A DNA stretch of 34,636 nucleotides from Candidatus Hydrogenedentota bacterium (GCA_034408725.1 JAWXCN010000022.1:1-34636); one strand, 5' to 3'; counted from the stretch's first letter, positions 8,301 through 18,068 are shown. The notes: generated from the letters alone by a model not told the origin. Numbers and translations are program-made.

Positions 8301-9023
8301 ATGCAACTCGAAATGGGGTTCGTCGCCCCCGCGGACCGCGAATTTAGACTTGAACGCGAGCTGGAATCTCTTTCCGGGATTCGGGTGAAGCTGCACGTCA
8401 CCGACAATACCCGCACGGTCATGTCGATGACGCCGGGCCGCACGTTCAAGGGCAAACGCGTGCGGCTCCATCACATGTTTCTGGATGCTGACAACGACGT
8501 GGTACGCGCCGTCGCCGCCTGGATACGGCATCCGCGCGCGTCCGGCGCGACCCCTGTACTTGATGCATTCATTCGCGACAACCGGCATCGCATGCGAAAA
8601 CGCACGGGCCGCGCAATCGCGATTGAAACCGAAGGCGCTCACCACAATCTCCAGGAATTATTCGACGCGGTGAACCGGCAACATTTCAAAGGCACAATCA
8701 CGGCGGCCATCACCTGGGGCCGCGCGGGATTCAGCCCTCGGCGGTACCAGCGCAGCATTCGTTTCGGGAGCTATACGGTGGACATCAACTTGATTCGGAT
8801 TCATCCGTCGCTGGATCAGGCATTTGTGCCGGCGTATTTCGTGCGGTTTATTGTGTTTCATGAAATGCTGCACGCGCATCTGGGAATAGAAGAAAGCGAA
8901 ACGGGCCGGCGCAAAATCCATACGCGCGCGTTTACGGCGCTGGAACGCGCATATCCCGAGTATGCGCGGGCGATTGCATGGGAACGCACGCCGGCAAACC
9001 TTCGGAAATTGCTCAGGGCGTAG
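8301..9023 (+). CDS. SprT-like/YgjP-type zinc metalloprotease domain protein
   Basis: HEMLH zinc motif, LFDAVNRQHF, ITWG, FGSY, IRIHPSLD and a downstream H..F; basic composition. Confidence 0.75.
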   Translation: MQLEMGFVAPADREFRLERELESLSGIRVKLHVTDNTRTVMSMTPGRTFKGKRVRLHHMFLDADNDVVRAVAAWIRHPRASGATPVLDAFIRDNRHRMRKRTGRAIAIETEGAHHNLQELFDAVNRQHFKGTITAAITWGRAGFSPRRYQRSIRFGSYTVDINLIRIHPSLDQAFVPAYFVRFIVFHEMLHAHLGIEESETGRRKIHTRAFTALERAYPEYARAIAWERTPANLRKLLRA

Positions 9024-10400
9024 TTATGAATCCGCCGTGCCGGGAATTGCCCCCGTCCGCAGGATCGCGCAACCCATTATGCCGGCCGTGATGCTGGCGA
9101 TGAAAGTGCCGAACTTTGCCTGCGCAATGTATTCGGCATTTCCGGCAAGTCCAGGGTCCATGAACGCCAACTCGCCAATGAACAATGCCATGGTAAATCC
9201 GATGGCGGCAATCCAACTGAGACCATATACATGCCGCCACGTCATGCCGTGAGGTAATTCCGCCCACTTTAATTTGACCGCGATCCAGGAAGCGAGAGTG
9301 ATGCCGATCTGTTTGCCGAGAAGCAACCCGAAAATAACGCCAAGCGTAACGCGCTCGAACAACATGGTCCCGATATTTCCAAGTTGCAGCGTTATGCCCG
9401 AATTGGCGAACGCAAACAGCGGCAAGATAAACAGCACGCAAACAGGGTACAGCGCATGCTCAATGCGTTGCAGCGGCGCCTCGACGTCGTGGCACTCTCG
9501 CGTCATGTGCCGGATCAATTCCTGTTGCCGATGGTTTACGAGATAGGGTTGGACGTGGTCTTCGGCGTGAACGAACCGATCCAGCAGAACGCTCAAGCGC
9601 CCCGCGAACAACGGCGTTACGTAGCGCGCGCTTGCCGGCACCGTGAATGCCAACAACACGCCGGCAATCGTCGCGTGTACGCCGGATTGCAGAAAGGCCC
9701 ACCAAACCAGCAGTCCGATCCCTGCGTACGGCCAGGTTTTTCTCACGCCTGCCCAATTCAGGCCGAAGGAGAATAAGATCAATATCCCGCCTGTTAGCAA
9801 AGACGACGTGTCGATCTGTTGTGTGTAGAAAATCGCTATTACGGCTACTGAGCCAATATCATCGGCGATAGCGAGCGCCACCAGAAACACGCTCATCGCG
9901 GGAATGACGCGTTTGCCAAGCAATGCAAGACAGCCCGTAGCGAAAGCAATGTCCGTCGCCATGGGTATCCCCCATCCCCGGATAGATGGCGCGCCCCAGT
10001 TTATCGCCGCGAAAATGGTTGCGGGAAATATCATGCCACCCGCCGCGGCGACCACGGGCAACAATGCGCGACGGAACGACGCAAGTTCGCCGACGAGTAG
10101 TTCGCGTTTTATTTCGAGGCCAACAACGAAAAAGAAAATGGCCATCAGCCCGTCATTTATCCAGTGATGAACGGATTGCGTGATTTCGATTCTCCCGAGC
10201 GAAACGCCGGCGCTCGCATGCCAGAGATCGTGATACCACCCGCTCGCTGGTGAATTTGCGAGCGCCACGGCTCCTGCCGCGCTGGTCAACAGAAGAACGG
10301 CGGATATCAAATCCCACGCAAGGAGTTTCTGGATGAAGGAGGTTTCCTCGAGCGGCGGCGCGTCTCCGGATGCCTCATCGGGCACGTGCTCCGTATGCAC
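9024..10400 (-). CDS. nhaA: Na+/H+ antiporter NhaA
   Basis: Motifs WINDGLMAIFFFVVGLEIKRE, PMATDIAF, LAIADD, SGVHATIAGV, IGFTMALFI. Confidence 0.95.
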   Translation of the reverse strand: MHTEHVPDEASGDAPPLEETSFIQKLLAWDLISAVLLLTSAAGAVALANSPASGWYHDLWHASAGVSLGRIEITQSVHHWINDGLMAIFFFVVGLEIKRELLVGELASFRRALLPVVAAAGGMIFPATIFAAINWGAPSIRGWGIPMATDIAFATGCLALLGKRVIPAMSVFLVALAIADDIGSVAVIAIFYTQQIDTSSLLTGGILILFSFGLNWAGVRKTWPYAGIGLLVWWAFLQSGVHATIAGVLLAFTVPASARYVTPLFAGRLSVLLDRFVHAEDHVQPYLVNHRQQELIRHMTRECHDVEAPLQRIEHALYPVCVLFILPLFAFANSGITLQLGNIGTMLFERVTLGVIFGLLLGKQIGITLASWIAVKLKWAELPHGMTWRHVYGLSWIAAIGFTMALFIGELAFMDPGLAGNAEYIAQAKFGTFIASITAGIMGCAILRTGAIPGTADS

Positions 10401-12983
10401 TTATTTCGCCTCGCTCGCGTAGCCCGCGCTTTCCAGTTCCGCTTTTTCCTCGTCGGTTAATGGAACTGCCGTACCGCCATCCGCGGACTCCGATTCGAAC
10501 CAAATAGCGAATGACGGGGTTTCAGGGGTGGGACCGCTCACAGTCTTTTTGCCCGGCTTCGCGGGGTCTAGCGTCGCGTCGAAACGGGTGCCAGCGACAA
10601 CATCGTCCACCCCGTTGTGAACGTTGAACGGAGATTCCGATTCGATGTGCAAGAGAACTCTCGCATTCGGGTCCTGTGTACGTACGAGGATTTCTTCGCG
10701 CTTGAGCGGCCCAAGTGTTGCCCGGAGCGAATGCGAGGTGCGCTCGAAGAGGTCGGTGCGGCTCATGTTGCCGCCATATAATAGCCTCGCCGTTTCCAGC
10801 GGACTGTCCGAGCTCAATACGAGGTTTCCGCGCCAATCCTCCGAGGGTGACTCGAACGCGATATGCCAGCCGTGCGGCGCGACATCGAAAAAACGGTGCA
10901 ACTCACCGCGCAAAGTTTCCAGTTCCGGCGGCGCGGACGCTATCAGGTTTGTCGCCTCGTGCGGGTCGATTGCAAGGTGATACAACTCCTCCGCTCCGTC
11001 GTGTCTGTTCTGAATCAGTTTCCATTCCGGCGTGCGTACCGCGATGTGACGCTGCCGTCGAATGAATGTCGTTTGAGGAGGAAGCACCTCGCCCGACAGG
11101 CGCCGCAAAAGGCTTTGTCCGTCAGCATCCGGCGTTTCCAGCATTGCCACTTCGAGAATCGTGGGCATGATGTCGATCAACCCCGTCATGGCGGGCACGC
11201 GCGTACCACCGTGAGCACCTTTCGGGAACCGGACCAGCAATGGCACTTGCGCGGACGCTTCGTAGACATGTTCGTGCAGGAACTCGCCATTTTCGCCGAA
11301 TTGTTCGCCGTGGTCCGCGGTGATCACGATAATGGCGTCATCATAAACGCCAAGTGCGCGCAACTTGTCGAGCAGTTCGCCCACCCCGTGGTCAACGCCG
11401 CGCATGCTGTCGTCGTAGAGCGCAATGGCGTATTCGATCTCGTCCGGCGTCAGCGTTTCCCTACCTTCCAGCACTGCGAAGAGCAAGTCCGTTCCCTGGG
11501 GTCTTCCGGGCGCGCGCAGGGACAGTGGTTCCGGCATCTCGTTGGAAAACTTCAGGAATTCCGATCTGGGAGGATAATATGGGTAGTCGCAGCCATCGCA
11601 TTCGGATTCACGAAACTTGCTGTGATGATCATAATTGTGGAAAAAGAGGAAGAATGGGGCGTGCGCGTGTTTGTCGAGCCACGGGTTTACTGCTTCTAGC
11701 GTTGTGAAGAGATCGCGTGTAATGGCGGGGGTCGAATACTTGTCGAATCCGTGCGCGAGGCCGCGGTGAGGTTGTAGCCAGATCCGGTAGCCCGTAAAGG
11801 CCGCGGTGGCGTAGCCCGCATCGCGCAATGCCTCGGGCAGCGTCACGATTTCCTCCGCGAGATTTGTCGTCGAGGTAACTCGGTGATGGGTTGGATACAG
11901 ACCCGTGAGCATGCTGGTATGGGCGGTAAGCGTCCAGGTTTCGGGAGTGAACGCATTTTCGAAGAGCACTGCTTCGCGGGAAAACGCATCAATGTTCGGC
12001 GAGGTGTCGCGCGAATACCCATAACAGCCGAGATGATCGGCGCGGGTCGTGTCACATGAAATAAGCACAACTGGTGTGCTCGCGCGGCGCGCGCGGCTGG
12101 TGATCATGGGATTTCCCCAGATCGACACAACGTCACGCGGGGCAGTCGCCTCCAACACCAGCGTTATGTCCTGTCCGGCATACGCGCCCAAGTCCGCGTT
12201 CAATTCAGTCCATCCGGAATCTTCGTGCGTGATGGTGCTCTGAATGAGGGCGATGGGAGCGCCTTCGGGTTGTGACAGTGTGACGGAGAATTTGGCCGAT
12301 GCGTTTTCAGGTATTGTGTCCCCAGGTACAATCATGCCCGCATGCGCTTCAAACATGGCGCTTTCGGGCACGGTGATCATCCATTCCGCGCGGTCCAGAT
12401 CGAGCGATTCCATCGTGAGGTTGTTCAGCGTAGTGCGGGCCGGTCCTTCCGGCGCGACATACACGAGCGAGCAGGATTCCAACTCGATGCTGCCGCCTGA
12501 ATCCGTCAGAAATGATATGCCGCGTATAGGTCCGCTCCAAAATATTACGTTGTTGAGATCGATGGTGTAATCATGGAACTCGCCGTCGTCCAAAATGGCG
12601 AATGAAAGGTCCTGGTTCCGCTTCGGGGTCCACTTTCGCGGCTCTTGCCACGTAAACCTGCACTGCTTCGTAGTCGAAGCCTTCAGGCGCACACGGCATT
12701 CGGTGTAGTCGCTTGCGTTGAACGCCGGTATTTCCAGACGAACGCCGTTTATGGGTCCGTCGGCTGGAACGGATACAGCGGTGAACGCTTTTGGATCGAG
12801 CACCAGCGGAGCGCGTGTGGTTTTGGCGCGCGATACGAAGTACGTCTGGGTGAGGCGCGTGACAGGCCTCGCGGACGCCGCACGGTCCGTTGCCGTGTCG
12901 ATCGGCTCGTGAATCGCAGTTGTTGGCGATGGACCGCACGCAGTTACCGCTAAAATGATGACTGCAAAAATAAAACGCCGCAT
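10401..12983 (-). CDS. sulfatase-like hydrolase/transferase (alkaline phosphatase superfamily), predicted lipoprotein
   Basis: Motifs LISCDTTRADHLGCYGY, WTLTAHTSMLTG, YDDSMRGVD, TADHGE, ELYHLAIDPHE. Probable start ATG 12983 gives a lipobox (VTA-C). Confidence 0.85.
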   Translation of the reverse strand: MRRFIFAVIILAVTACGPSPTTAIHEPIDTATDRAASARPVTRLTQTYFVSRAKTTRAPLVLDPKAFTAVSVPADGPINGVRLEIPAFNASDYTECRVRLKASTTKQCRFTWQEPRKWTPKRNQDLSFAILDDGEFHDYTIDLNNVIFWSGPIRGISFLTDSGGSIELESCSLVYVAPEGPARTTLNNLTMESLDLDRAEWMITVPESAMFEAHAGMIVPGDTIPENASAKFSVTLSQPEGAPIALIQSTITHEDSGWTELNADLGAYAGQDITLVLEATAPRDVVSIWGNPMITSRARRASTPVVLISCDTTRADHLGCYGYSRDTSPNIDAFSREAVLFENAFTPETWTLTAHTSMLTGLYPTHHRVTSTTNLAEEIVTLPEALRDAGYATAAFTGYRIWLQPHRGLAHGFDKYSTPAITRDLFTTLEAVNPWLDKHAHAPFFLFFHNYDHHSKFRESECDGCDYPYYPPRSEFLKFSNEMPEPLSLRAPGRPQGTDLLFAVLEGRETLTPDEIEYAIALYDDSMRGVDHGVGELLDKLRALGVYDDAIIVITADHGEQFGENGEFLHEHVYEASAQVPLLVRFPKGAHGGTRVPAMTGLIDIMPTILEVAMLETPDADGQSLLRRLSGEVLPPQTTFIRRQRHIAVRTPEWKLIQNRHDGAEELYHLAIDPHEATNLIASAPPELETLRGELHRFFDVAPHGWHIAFESPSEDWRGNLVLSSDSPLETARLLYGGNMSRTDLFERTSHSLRATLGPLKREEILVRTQDPNARVLLHIESESPFNVHNGVDDVVAGTRFDATLDPAKPGKKTVSGPTPETPSFAIWFESESADGGTAVPLTDEEKAELESAGYASEAK

Positions 12984-13060
12984 AACTCTGGACGGTATCA
13001 CAGACTTCCGGCGGGCGGCAAGGAACGGCGCGAATTGCCGATGAGTGCTCATAGGCACGA

Positions 13061-13161
13061 TGCTCTGGTTTAGATTCGCGTGCGCCTGAAGCCTGCGAAT
13101 TTATTGAGGAATTCGAGTACCCCGAAGTGAAAGCGGCGCTGACACGCCGCGGTCCAAGGCG
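13061..13161 (+). repeat. REP-like dispersed element, copy 1
   Basis: 13112-13161 matches 18019-18068 at 49/50 nt; weaker similarity continues about 50 nt upstream. Confidence 0.85.
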
Positions 13162-13234
13162 CCTTTGCAAACGGCCCATGTCTTGGTTAGTATTACCTTG
13201 CGGTTCTTGACCGCGGGGACGGGGAGAACATTTC

Positions 13235-13597
13235 GTGCGATATTCCGGGGAAGAACGCCGGCGCTACATGCGCAGCAAACGCGGATTCGCGTCCATCGTG
13301 GATTCAGGCGGCCCGGGCGTTTTGAACCATATCGATAATATCAGCGCAAACGGCGTGCTGTGCCATACCGTTAAGCCGATTCCGCTCATGACAAAGATGA
13401 GCATGGCACTGGAACTGCCGAGATCAAACCCCGGGCGGATCGATTGCGAAGGAATCGTGGTCCGATGCGAACCCCACGCGGTTGGTGACGATCACTTCAA
13501 GGTGGCTATCCTCTACACCAAAATCAATGACGATGACCGGGATGCCATTCACCGGTTTGTCGAACAAGACCTCGCCACACCCAACGGCGACGTGTAG
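13235..13597 (+). CDS. PilZ-domain (c-di-GMP receptor) protein
   Basis: ERRRYMR (RxxxR) and NISANG (D/NxSxxG) motifs; single domain of 120 aa. Confidence 0.85.
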   Translation: MRYSGEERRRYMRSKRGFASIVDSGGPGVLNHIDNISANGVLCHTVKPIPLMTKMSMALELPRSNPGRIDCEGIVVRCEPHAVGDDHFKVAILYTKINDDDRDAIHRFVEQDLATPNGDV

Positions 13598-13609
13598 CGA
13601 GACCGCACC

Positions 13610-15214
13610 GTGGGCCGCCGCCCCACACGCGATCGACTGCTGTTGCTATTCTGTCTCGCCGTGCTTGGTCTGACAGTCGCCTATCCAACCTTTCGATTGA
13701 TTGTCGAAGCCGTCGCGCACTGGCAACCGGATGCACTGGCGCGAAAAGGCGGCTGGATAGCGGTGCGCAACACGGTTTTCATTTCGTTACTGTCAGTAGC
13801 TTGCGCGGGCGGTGTTGGAACAGCACTTGCCTTCGCGCTTGCGCGGTATTCGTTTCCTGGCCGCGGAGTCCTGGCGGCGCTCGCCTATCTTCCTTTCACG
13901 CTGCCGCCGCTTGTCGGGGTGGTCAGTTTCTATTACATCATCGGCCGCGACGGGTTTATCCCCCGGGGATTGGAACAGGCTTTCGGGTGGGAACACGCCG
14001 CGTTGGAAGGTCCGGCTGCTATCCTCCTCATTCACACTTATTCGTTCTACGTATTTTTTTATGCAATGGTGTCGGCGGCGCTCGAGTCGTTGGACAGATC
14101 TCTGATCGAGGCCGCGCGCACATTAGGCGCGTCCCGCCGCATGGTATTTTTGCGCATCACGCTCCCGCTGTTGCGGCCAGCGTTGTTGGGCGCGGCATTG
14201 CTGACGTTCATGTCGTCAGGCGCGTCGTTCAGCGCGCCGCTGATATTCGGAAACGACTTTCCGATGTTGAGCGTCCGTATTTACGAAGAACAAAGCGCGC
14301 ACAATGAGGCGCATGCACAAACTTTGACCATCGTACTTGCGGCGGTATCCCTGTTGGGTGTGTTGGTCTTCCGTTCGTCGCGCGCGCTGAAATCGGGCGC
14401 AGCGAAAGGCGTGCGGGCGCCGGTCAGAAGCGTGGCGGGACGGTGGCTGGCGTTGGCTGTGGCATCAGCGGTGATTGCGGTGTTGTTGGCTCCGCACGCG
14501 ACCATCGTTTGGCTTTCGCTGGTCGATCACCGGCAGTGGTACGCGGAAGTTTTTCCGGCGGCATGGACGCTGGACAATTACCGGGAGATATTCAGCGACG
14601 CGTCGGCTTTCCGGCCGATTCGGAATTCGCTCTGGATGAGCGTGACCGCCGCCATTGCTTCGTTGGCGGTGGCGCTGCCGGCGGGCTATCTCATCGCGCG
14701 CCGCCGCAGAGGTGGAAGCTGGGTCAATGCGTTGGTGATGACGCCGTGGGCGTTGCCGGGGACGGTGATTGCGATTAACCTCATCGTGGCGTTTAATGAT
14801 CGATGGCTACCGCTTGTTGGTACGGTGTGGATAATTCCGCTGGCGTATTTCGTGCGGAACGTGCCGTTGCTGACCCGGTTTTGCGCGTCGGCCATTGAAC
14901 CTTTTGATGCGTCGCTGATCGAAGCGGGCCGCACGCTGGGCGCGAGGCCATCGTATTGTTTTCGCCGGGTGGTATTGCCGCTCGTTGCCCCCGCGATTGG
15001 CGCTGGTCTTGCCCTGGTGTTTGCGACGTCGCTGGGTGAGTTCGTCGCTTCGGTGCTCTTATGGGTGCCCGCGAACATACCGATTTCGGTGCAAATCAAC
15101 ACGGCATGGCGGGGTTCGGGAATCGGCGCGGCATTCGCCTATAGTGTATTGCTGATGCTGCTGGCGAGCGCGACCTATCTGGTGGCGCGCAGGTTTTCAT
15201 CGCGGCTGGTATGA
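13610..15214 (+). CDS. ABC importer permease, FbpB/ThiP-type (two fused BPD_transp_1 halves)
   Basis: Two EAA loops (EAARTLGAS, EAGRTLGA) and about 12 hydrophobic segments. Confidence 0.88.
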   Translation: MGRRPTRDRLLLLFCLAVLGLTVAYPTFRLIVEAVAHWQPDALARKGGWIAVRNTVFISLLSVACAGGVGTALAFALARYSFPGRGVLAALAYLPFTLPPLVGVVSFYYIIGRDGFIPRGLEQAFGWEHAALEGPAAILLIHTYSFYVFFYAMVSAALESLDRSLIEAARTLGASRRMVFLRITLPLLRPALLGAALLTFMSSGASFSAPLIFGNDFPMLSVRIYEEQSAHNEAHAQTLTIVLAAVSLLGVLVFRSSRALKSGAAKGVRAPVRSVAGRWLALAVASAVIAVLLAPHATIVWLSLVDHRQWYAEVFPAAWTLDNYREIFSDASAFRPIRNSLWMSVTAAIASLAVALPAGYLIARRRRGGSWVNALVMTPWALPGTVIAINLIVAFNDRWLPLVGTVWIIPLAYFVRNVPLLTRFCASAIEPFDASLIEAGRTLGARPSYCFRRVVLPLVAPAIGAGLALVFATSLGEFVASVLLWVPANIPISVQINTAWRGSGIGAAFAYSVLLMLLASATYLVARRFSSRLV

Positions 15215-15254
15215 AGCCGTGTTTGCGTTTTATGAACGCACATTGGGATAGGGC

Positions 15255-15989
15255 ATGAAAGTTCTATTGTTTGGAGCCGAGGCCGAATCGATCCGGCCGC
15301 ATATTGAACGGCACGCTGCAATCGAAATTGTCGAGGCGTTGCCGGACGTCGTCGTGTGCTACGGGGGGGACGGCACACTTCTTTCCGCCGAACTCAAGTG
15401 GCCCGGCGTTCCCAAGGTTCCCATCCGCAACAGCCGGCGCGGCAACCGTTGTATCCCGCATCCGGCGGGCGAGGTGATTGATCGGCTCGTGGGCGAAAAG
15501 CTGGCGCGCACGGAGTTTCTCAAAATCACCTGCAGCGTGTTCGAGGAGGCGAACGGCGCGCCAACGCACGTTGTTTCGGCAATGAACGAGTTCAATGTCC
15601 ACATGGGCAATATCAATCTCGCGGTGCGCTTCAAAATCTGGCTCGACAATGAGCCGTATGACAACGGCGCGGAAATTATCGGCGACGGGCTGGTGGTGAG
15701 CACGCCGTTTGGAAGCACGGCCTATTTCAGCCAGATCACGCGGGGCATCTTTCACACGGGCCTCGGACTGGCGTTCAAGAACATTACGGAATTGACCAGT
15801 CACGTCATCGTGCCGGAGTCCACGATATTACGAGCATTGATCACGCGGGGGCCCGCTGTATTGGCATACGACAACTCACCCGATTACATTACGCTGAAAA
15901 AAGGAGACCGCCTTGAGATTCGCAAGGACACGCGGCCGGCGACGGTGCTGACGTGGTCCACCGTTACGCGGCCAACGGATTCGTTTTGA
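15255..15989 (+). CDS. nadK: NAD(+) kinase
   Basis: Motifs GGDGT, NE, GDGLVVSTPFGSTAY. Confidence 0.85.
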   Translation: MKVLLFGAEAESIRPHIERHAAIEIVEALPDVVVCYGGDGTLLSAELKWPGVPKVPIRNSRRGNRCIPHPAGEVIDRLVGEKLARTEFLKITCSVFEEANGAPTHVVSAMNEFNVHMGNINLAVRFKIWLDNEPYDNGAEIIGDGLVVSTPFGSTAYFSQITRGIFHTGLGLAFKNITELTSHVIVPESTILRALITRGPAVLAYDNSPDYITLKKGDRLEIRKDTRPATVLTWSTVTRPTDSF

Positions 15990-16110
15990 TAGAGATTTTG
16001 GATTGAATGCGGCGGGCGGGCAGAGATCGAGAAACTGCACCGCGCGTGCCAGCCCGGTTGTTCCCTCTTGCGCCCTCGTTCCCAAATTTCCATTTGGGAA
16101 TGCCCACCTC

Positions 16111-17736
16111 CTACTGCCAGCGTTTGCGGGAGGATTGCGCGAACGGCTCGACCGCGCGCAGCGCCAAAAAGATAAACAGGAACCCAAGAACAAGGTGGGT
16201 TATCACGTGCCACAGCCAGGGTCCATTGAATTGGTCGAGCGGGTTTGTTCCCGCGTCGGCTGCTTTTTCGAGGAAACCGAGCACGGGCGAAAGAAACGCG
16301 GCGCCGGTCCCGTAAAATTTCAGAGCAAAAAGTCCGGTGCCGAAACCGCCGAACAGGAGCACGCACAGGGCATAACTCGCGGCGAAGGCCGCGGTGGGCC
16401 GCTCGATTGCCGCGCAGGCATAGGTGCTCGCACAGGCGCAAACGAACATCCACACGCATAGCGAAACAAAGCCTGTGGCGAAGATTGCAAGGTCGCGGAG
16501 ACCAAGCGCGGGATATATGAACGGAGCAAGTATCATGCTGAGCAGGCAGGGCAGCAGCACGCCTTGCATACTAATCAGAACGCCGAGCACTTTTCCCAGG
16601 AAAATGCTGCTGGGGCGCATTTTGCTCATCAGCAAAAAGTCAAAAGACCTTTGCGCGCGCTCTTGAACGATGGTGCTGGCGGTCATTCCGGGCACGAGGA
16701 AAAGGACCAATACCATTTGAATGGCAATCCATACCGGTGCCGGTGGCGGTTGTCCGGGGGTTATGGCGGCGGAACTGAATAACCCGGCGGCGAGAATTAC
16801 GGATGCCAAAATAGAAAGCCGGACTTGCCAACGCCAGGTCATTAGCTCGCCACAACGCGCTTCGCGCACCATGACAGGATTGAGGAGACTCGGAATCGGC
16901 CGGAAAACGCCAGGCTTGAGAAGCGCCCCTTTCAGATAGGCGACAAGCACGGGCGTCGCCGGGTCCATCGCGCGGTCCAGCCTTCTATCGACCGCGAGCA
17001 GGATCGCGGCGCAAGTCAGGGCGATGCTACCGATCATGGCGTGAAACAACGCGAACGCGAACACTTCGCGGTTCGTGAGCAGTCCACCGACGACGGTTTG
17101 GAAAACCCGCGCCGGCATGAATTCGTAGAGGATCGAGTTCATAAATACGGATGACAGGGGCGCTACTGCGATGGAGAGCAACAGGGTGGACGCGAGCAAG
17201 ATCGCAAACACAAGTAGGAACGTAATGGTCTGCGCGATGATCATGCGTCTGGATACCGTGGAACAGAGTATTCCAACGCCCGCGCTCGAAAATGCCACGG
17301 CAAATGCCATCAACCCAAGATGCCCGAGCACGTCCATGTCCAGTCCGAGCAGGAAATAGGTCGTGGCGGCAATGGGGAGGCCGGACACGGCGATCACGCT
17401 GAACAGGCCGAGAATACTGATAAGCTTGCCCACGACGATGGCCGCGGGGCGGATGAGCGTGAGGCGCAATTGGTCGTAGGTTTCGCGTTCACGTTCGAGC
17501 GAGATTGTCGCGGCGCCGTAGGCAGGAATGATCAGCGCGGCCGCCGCCGCAAGCAGGGCGCTGAGCAGTTCGAGCATCGAGCGTGATGCGACGCCAATCT
17601 GGCTGGTATGCGCCGAGGGCGATGGCCAGAGCCCGCCGACGATTACGCATGAAACAGTCACAAAAATGAATGACCACACGAATAACCGCGCGCCCCGCAG
17701 GTGACGGATAAATTCCTGGCGAATCAACGCGAACAT
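16111..17736 (-). CDS. ABC-2-type (exporter) permease, internally duplicated
   Basis: Two halves, each with TIxxER..T/S(Y/F)DxLxL and IxxGK motifs; NPVMVRE linker; multiple TM segments. Confidence 0.75.
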   Translation of the reverse strand: MFALIRQEFIRHLRGARLFVWSFIFVTVSCVIVGGLWPSPSAHTSQIGVASRSMLELLSALLAAAAALIIPAYGAATISLERERETYDQLRLTLIRPAAIVVGKLISILGLFSVIAVSGLPIAATTYFLLGLDMDVLGHLGLMAFAVAFSSAGVGILCSTVSRRMIIAQTITFLLVFAILLASTLLLSIAVAPLSSVFMNSILYEFMPARVFQTVVGGLLTNREVFAFALFHAMIGSIALTCAAILLAVDRRLDRAMDPATPVLVAYLKGALLKPGVFRPIPSLLNPVMVREARCGELMTWRWQVRLSILASVILAAGLFSSAAITPGQPPPAPVWIAIQMVLVLFLVPGMTASTIVQERAQRSFDFLLMSKMRPSSIFLGKVLGVLISMQGVLLPCLLSMILAPFIYPALGLRDLAIFATGFVSLCVWMFVCACASTYACAAIERPTAAFAASYALCVLLFGGFGTGLFALKFYGTGAAFLSPVLGFLEKAADAGTNPLDQFNGPWLWHVITHLVLGFLFIFLALRAVEPFAQSSRKRWQ

Positions 17737-17776
17737 GGGGCAAGTTTCCTCGGGGATTTTCCGACACTATACAACA

Positions 17777-17810
17777 ATTTTGGATTTTAGATTTTGGATT
17801 TTAGATTGAA
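17777..17810 (+). repeat. heptamer tandem repeat (ATTTTRG)x4 ending in ATTGAA
   Basis: ATTTTGG ATTTTAG ATTTTGG ATTTTAG ATTGAA read directly. Confidence 0.9.
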
Positions 17811-17892
17811 TACAAGGTAATCGCGCTTAAATCCCAGTTAAAGCGCGAGTGCGGGGAATGCTACCAAAGCGCTGCGCGAAATCCGCGCGGGG

Positions 17893-18068
17893 CGCCTTGG
17901 ACTGCGGCAGCGGGCAGCTGCCGCTTTCCATTCCCTGGGCAAGAGCGCTTCGCAATTAAGCAAGATTGCGCTGGCTTCGATTCGTCTGTCCTTGAAGCCT
18001 TCAAGTTTACTGGACGATTTCGAGTACCCCGAAGTGAAAGCGGCGCTGACACGCCGCAGTCCAAGGCG
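17893..18068. repeat. REPIN-like inverted pair of REP-like elements (includes dispersed copy 2)
   Basis: CGCCTTGGACTGCGGC (17893-17908) is the exact reverse complement of 18053-18068. Inner GCCGCTTTC (17920-17928) pairs with GAAAGCGGC (18036-18044). Confidence 0.85.

Noticed and set aside
9021-9026. Convergent stop codons abutting with no terminator (SprT-like/nhaA)
   Set aside because: This is common in compact bacterial genomes and shows no additional signal.
13061-18068. Composite transposon or prophage att sites
   Set aside because: There is no transposase, integrase, tRNA or phage gene, and the enclosed genes look like housekeeping genes. It is kept only as a dispersed repeat.
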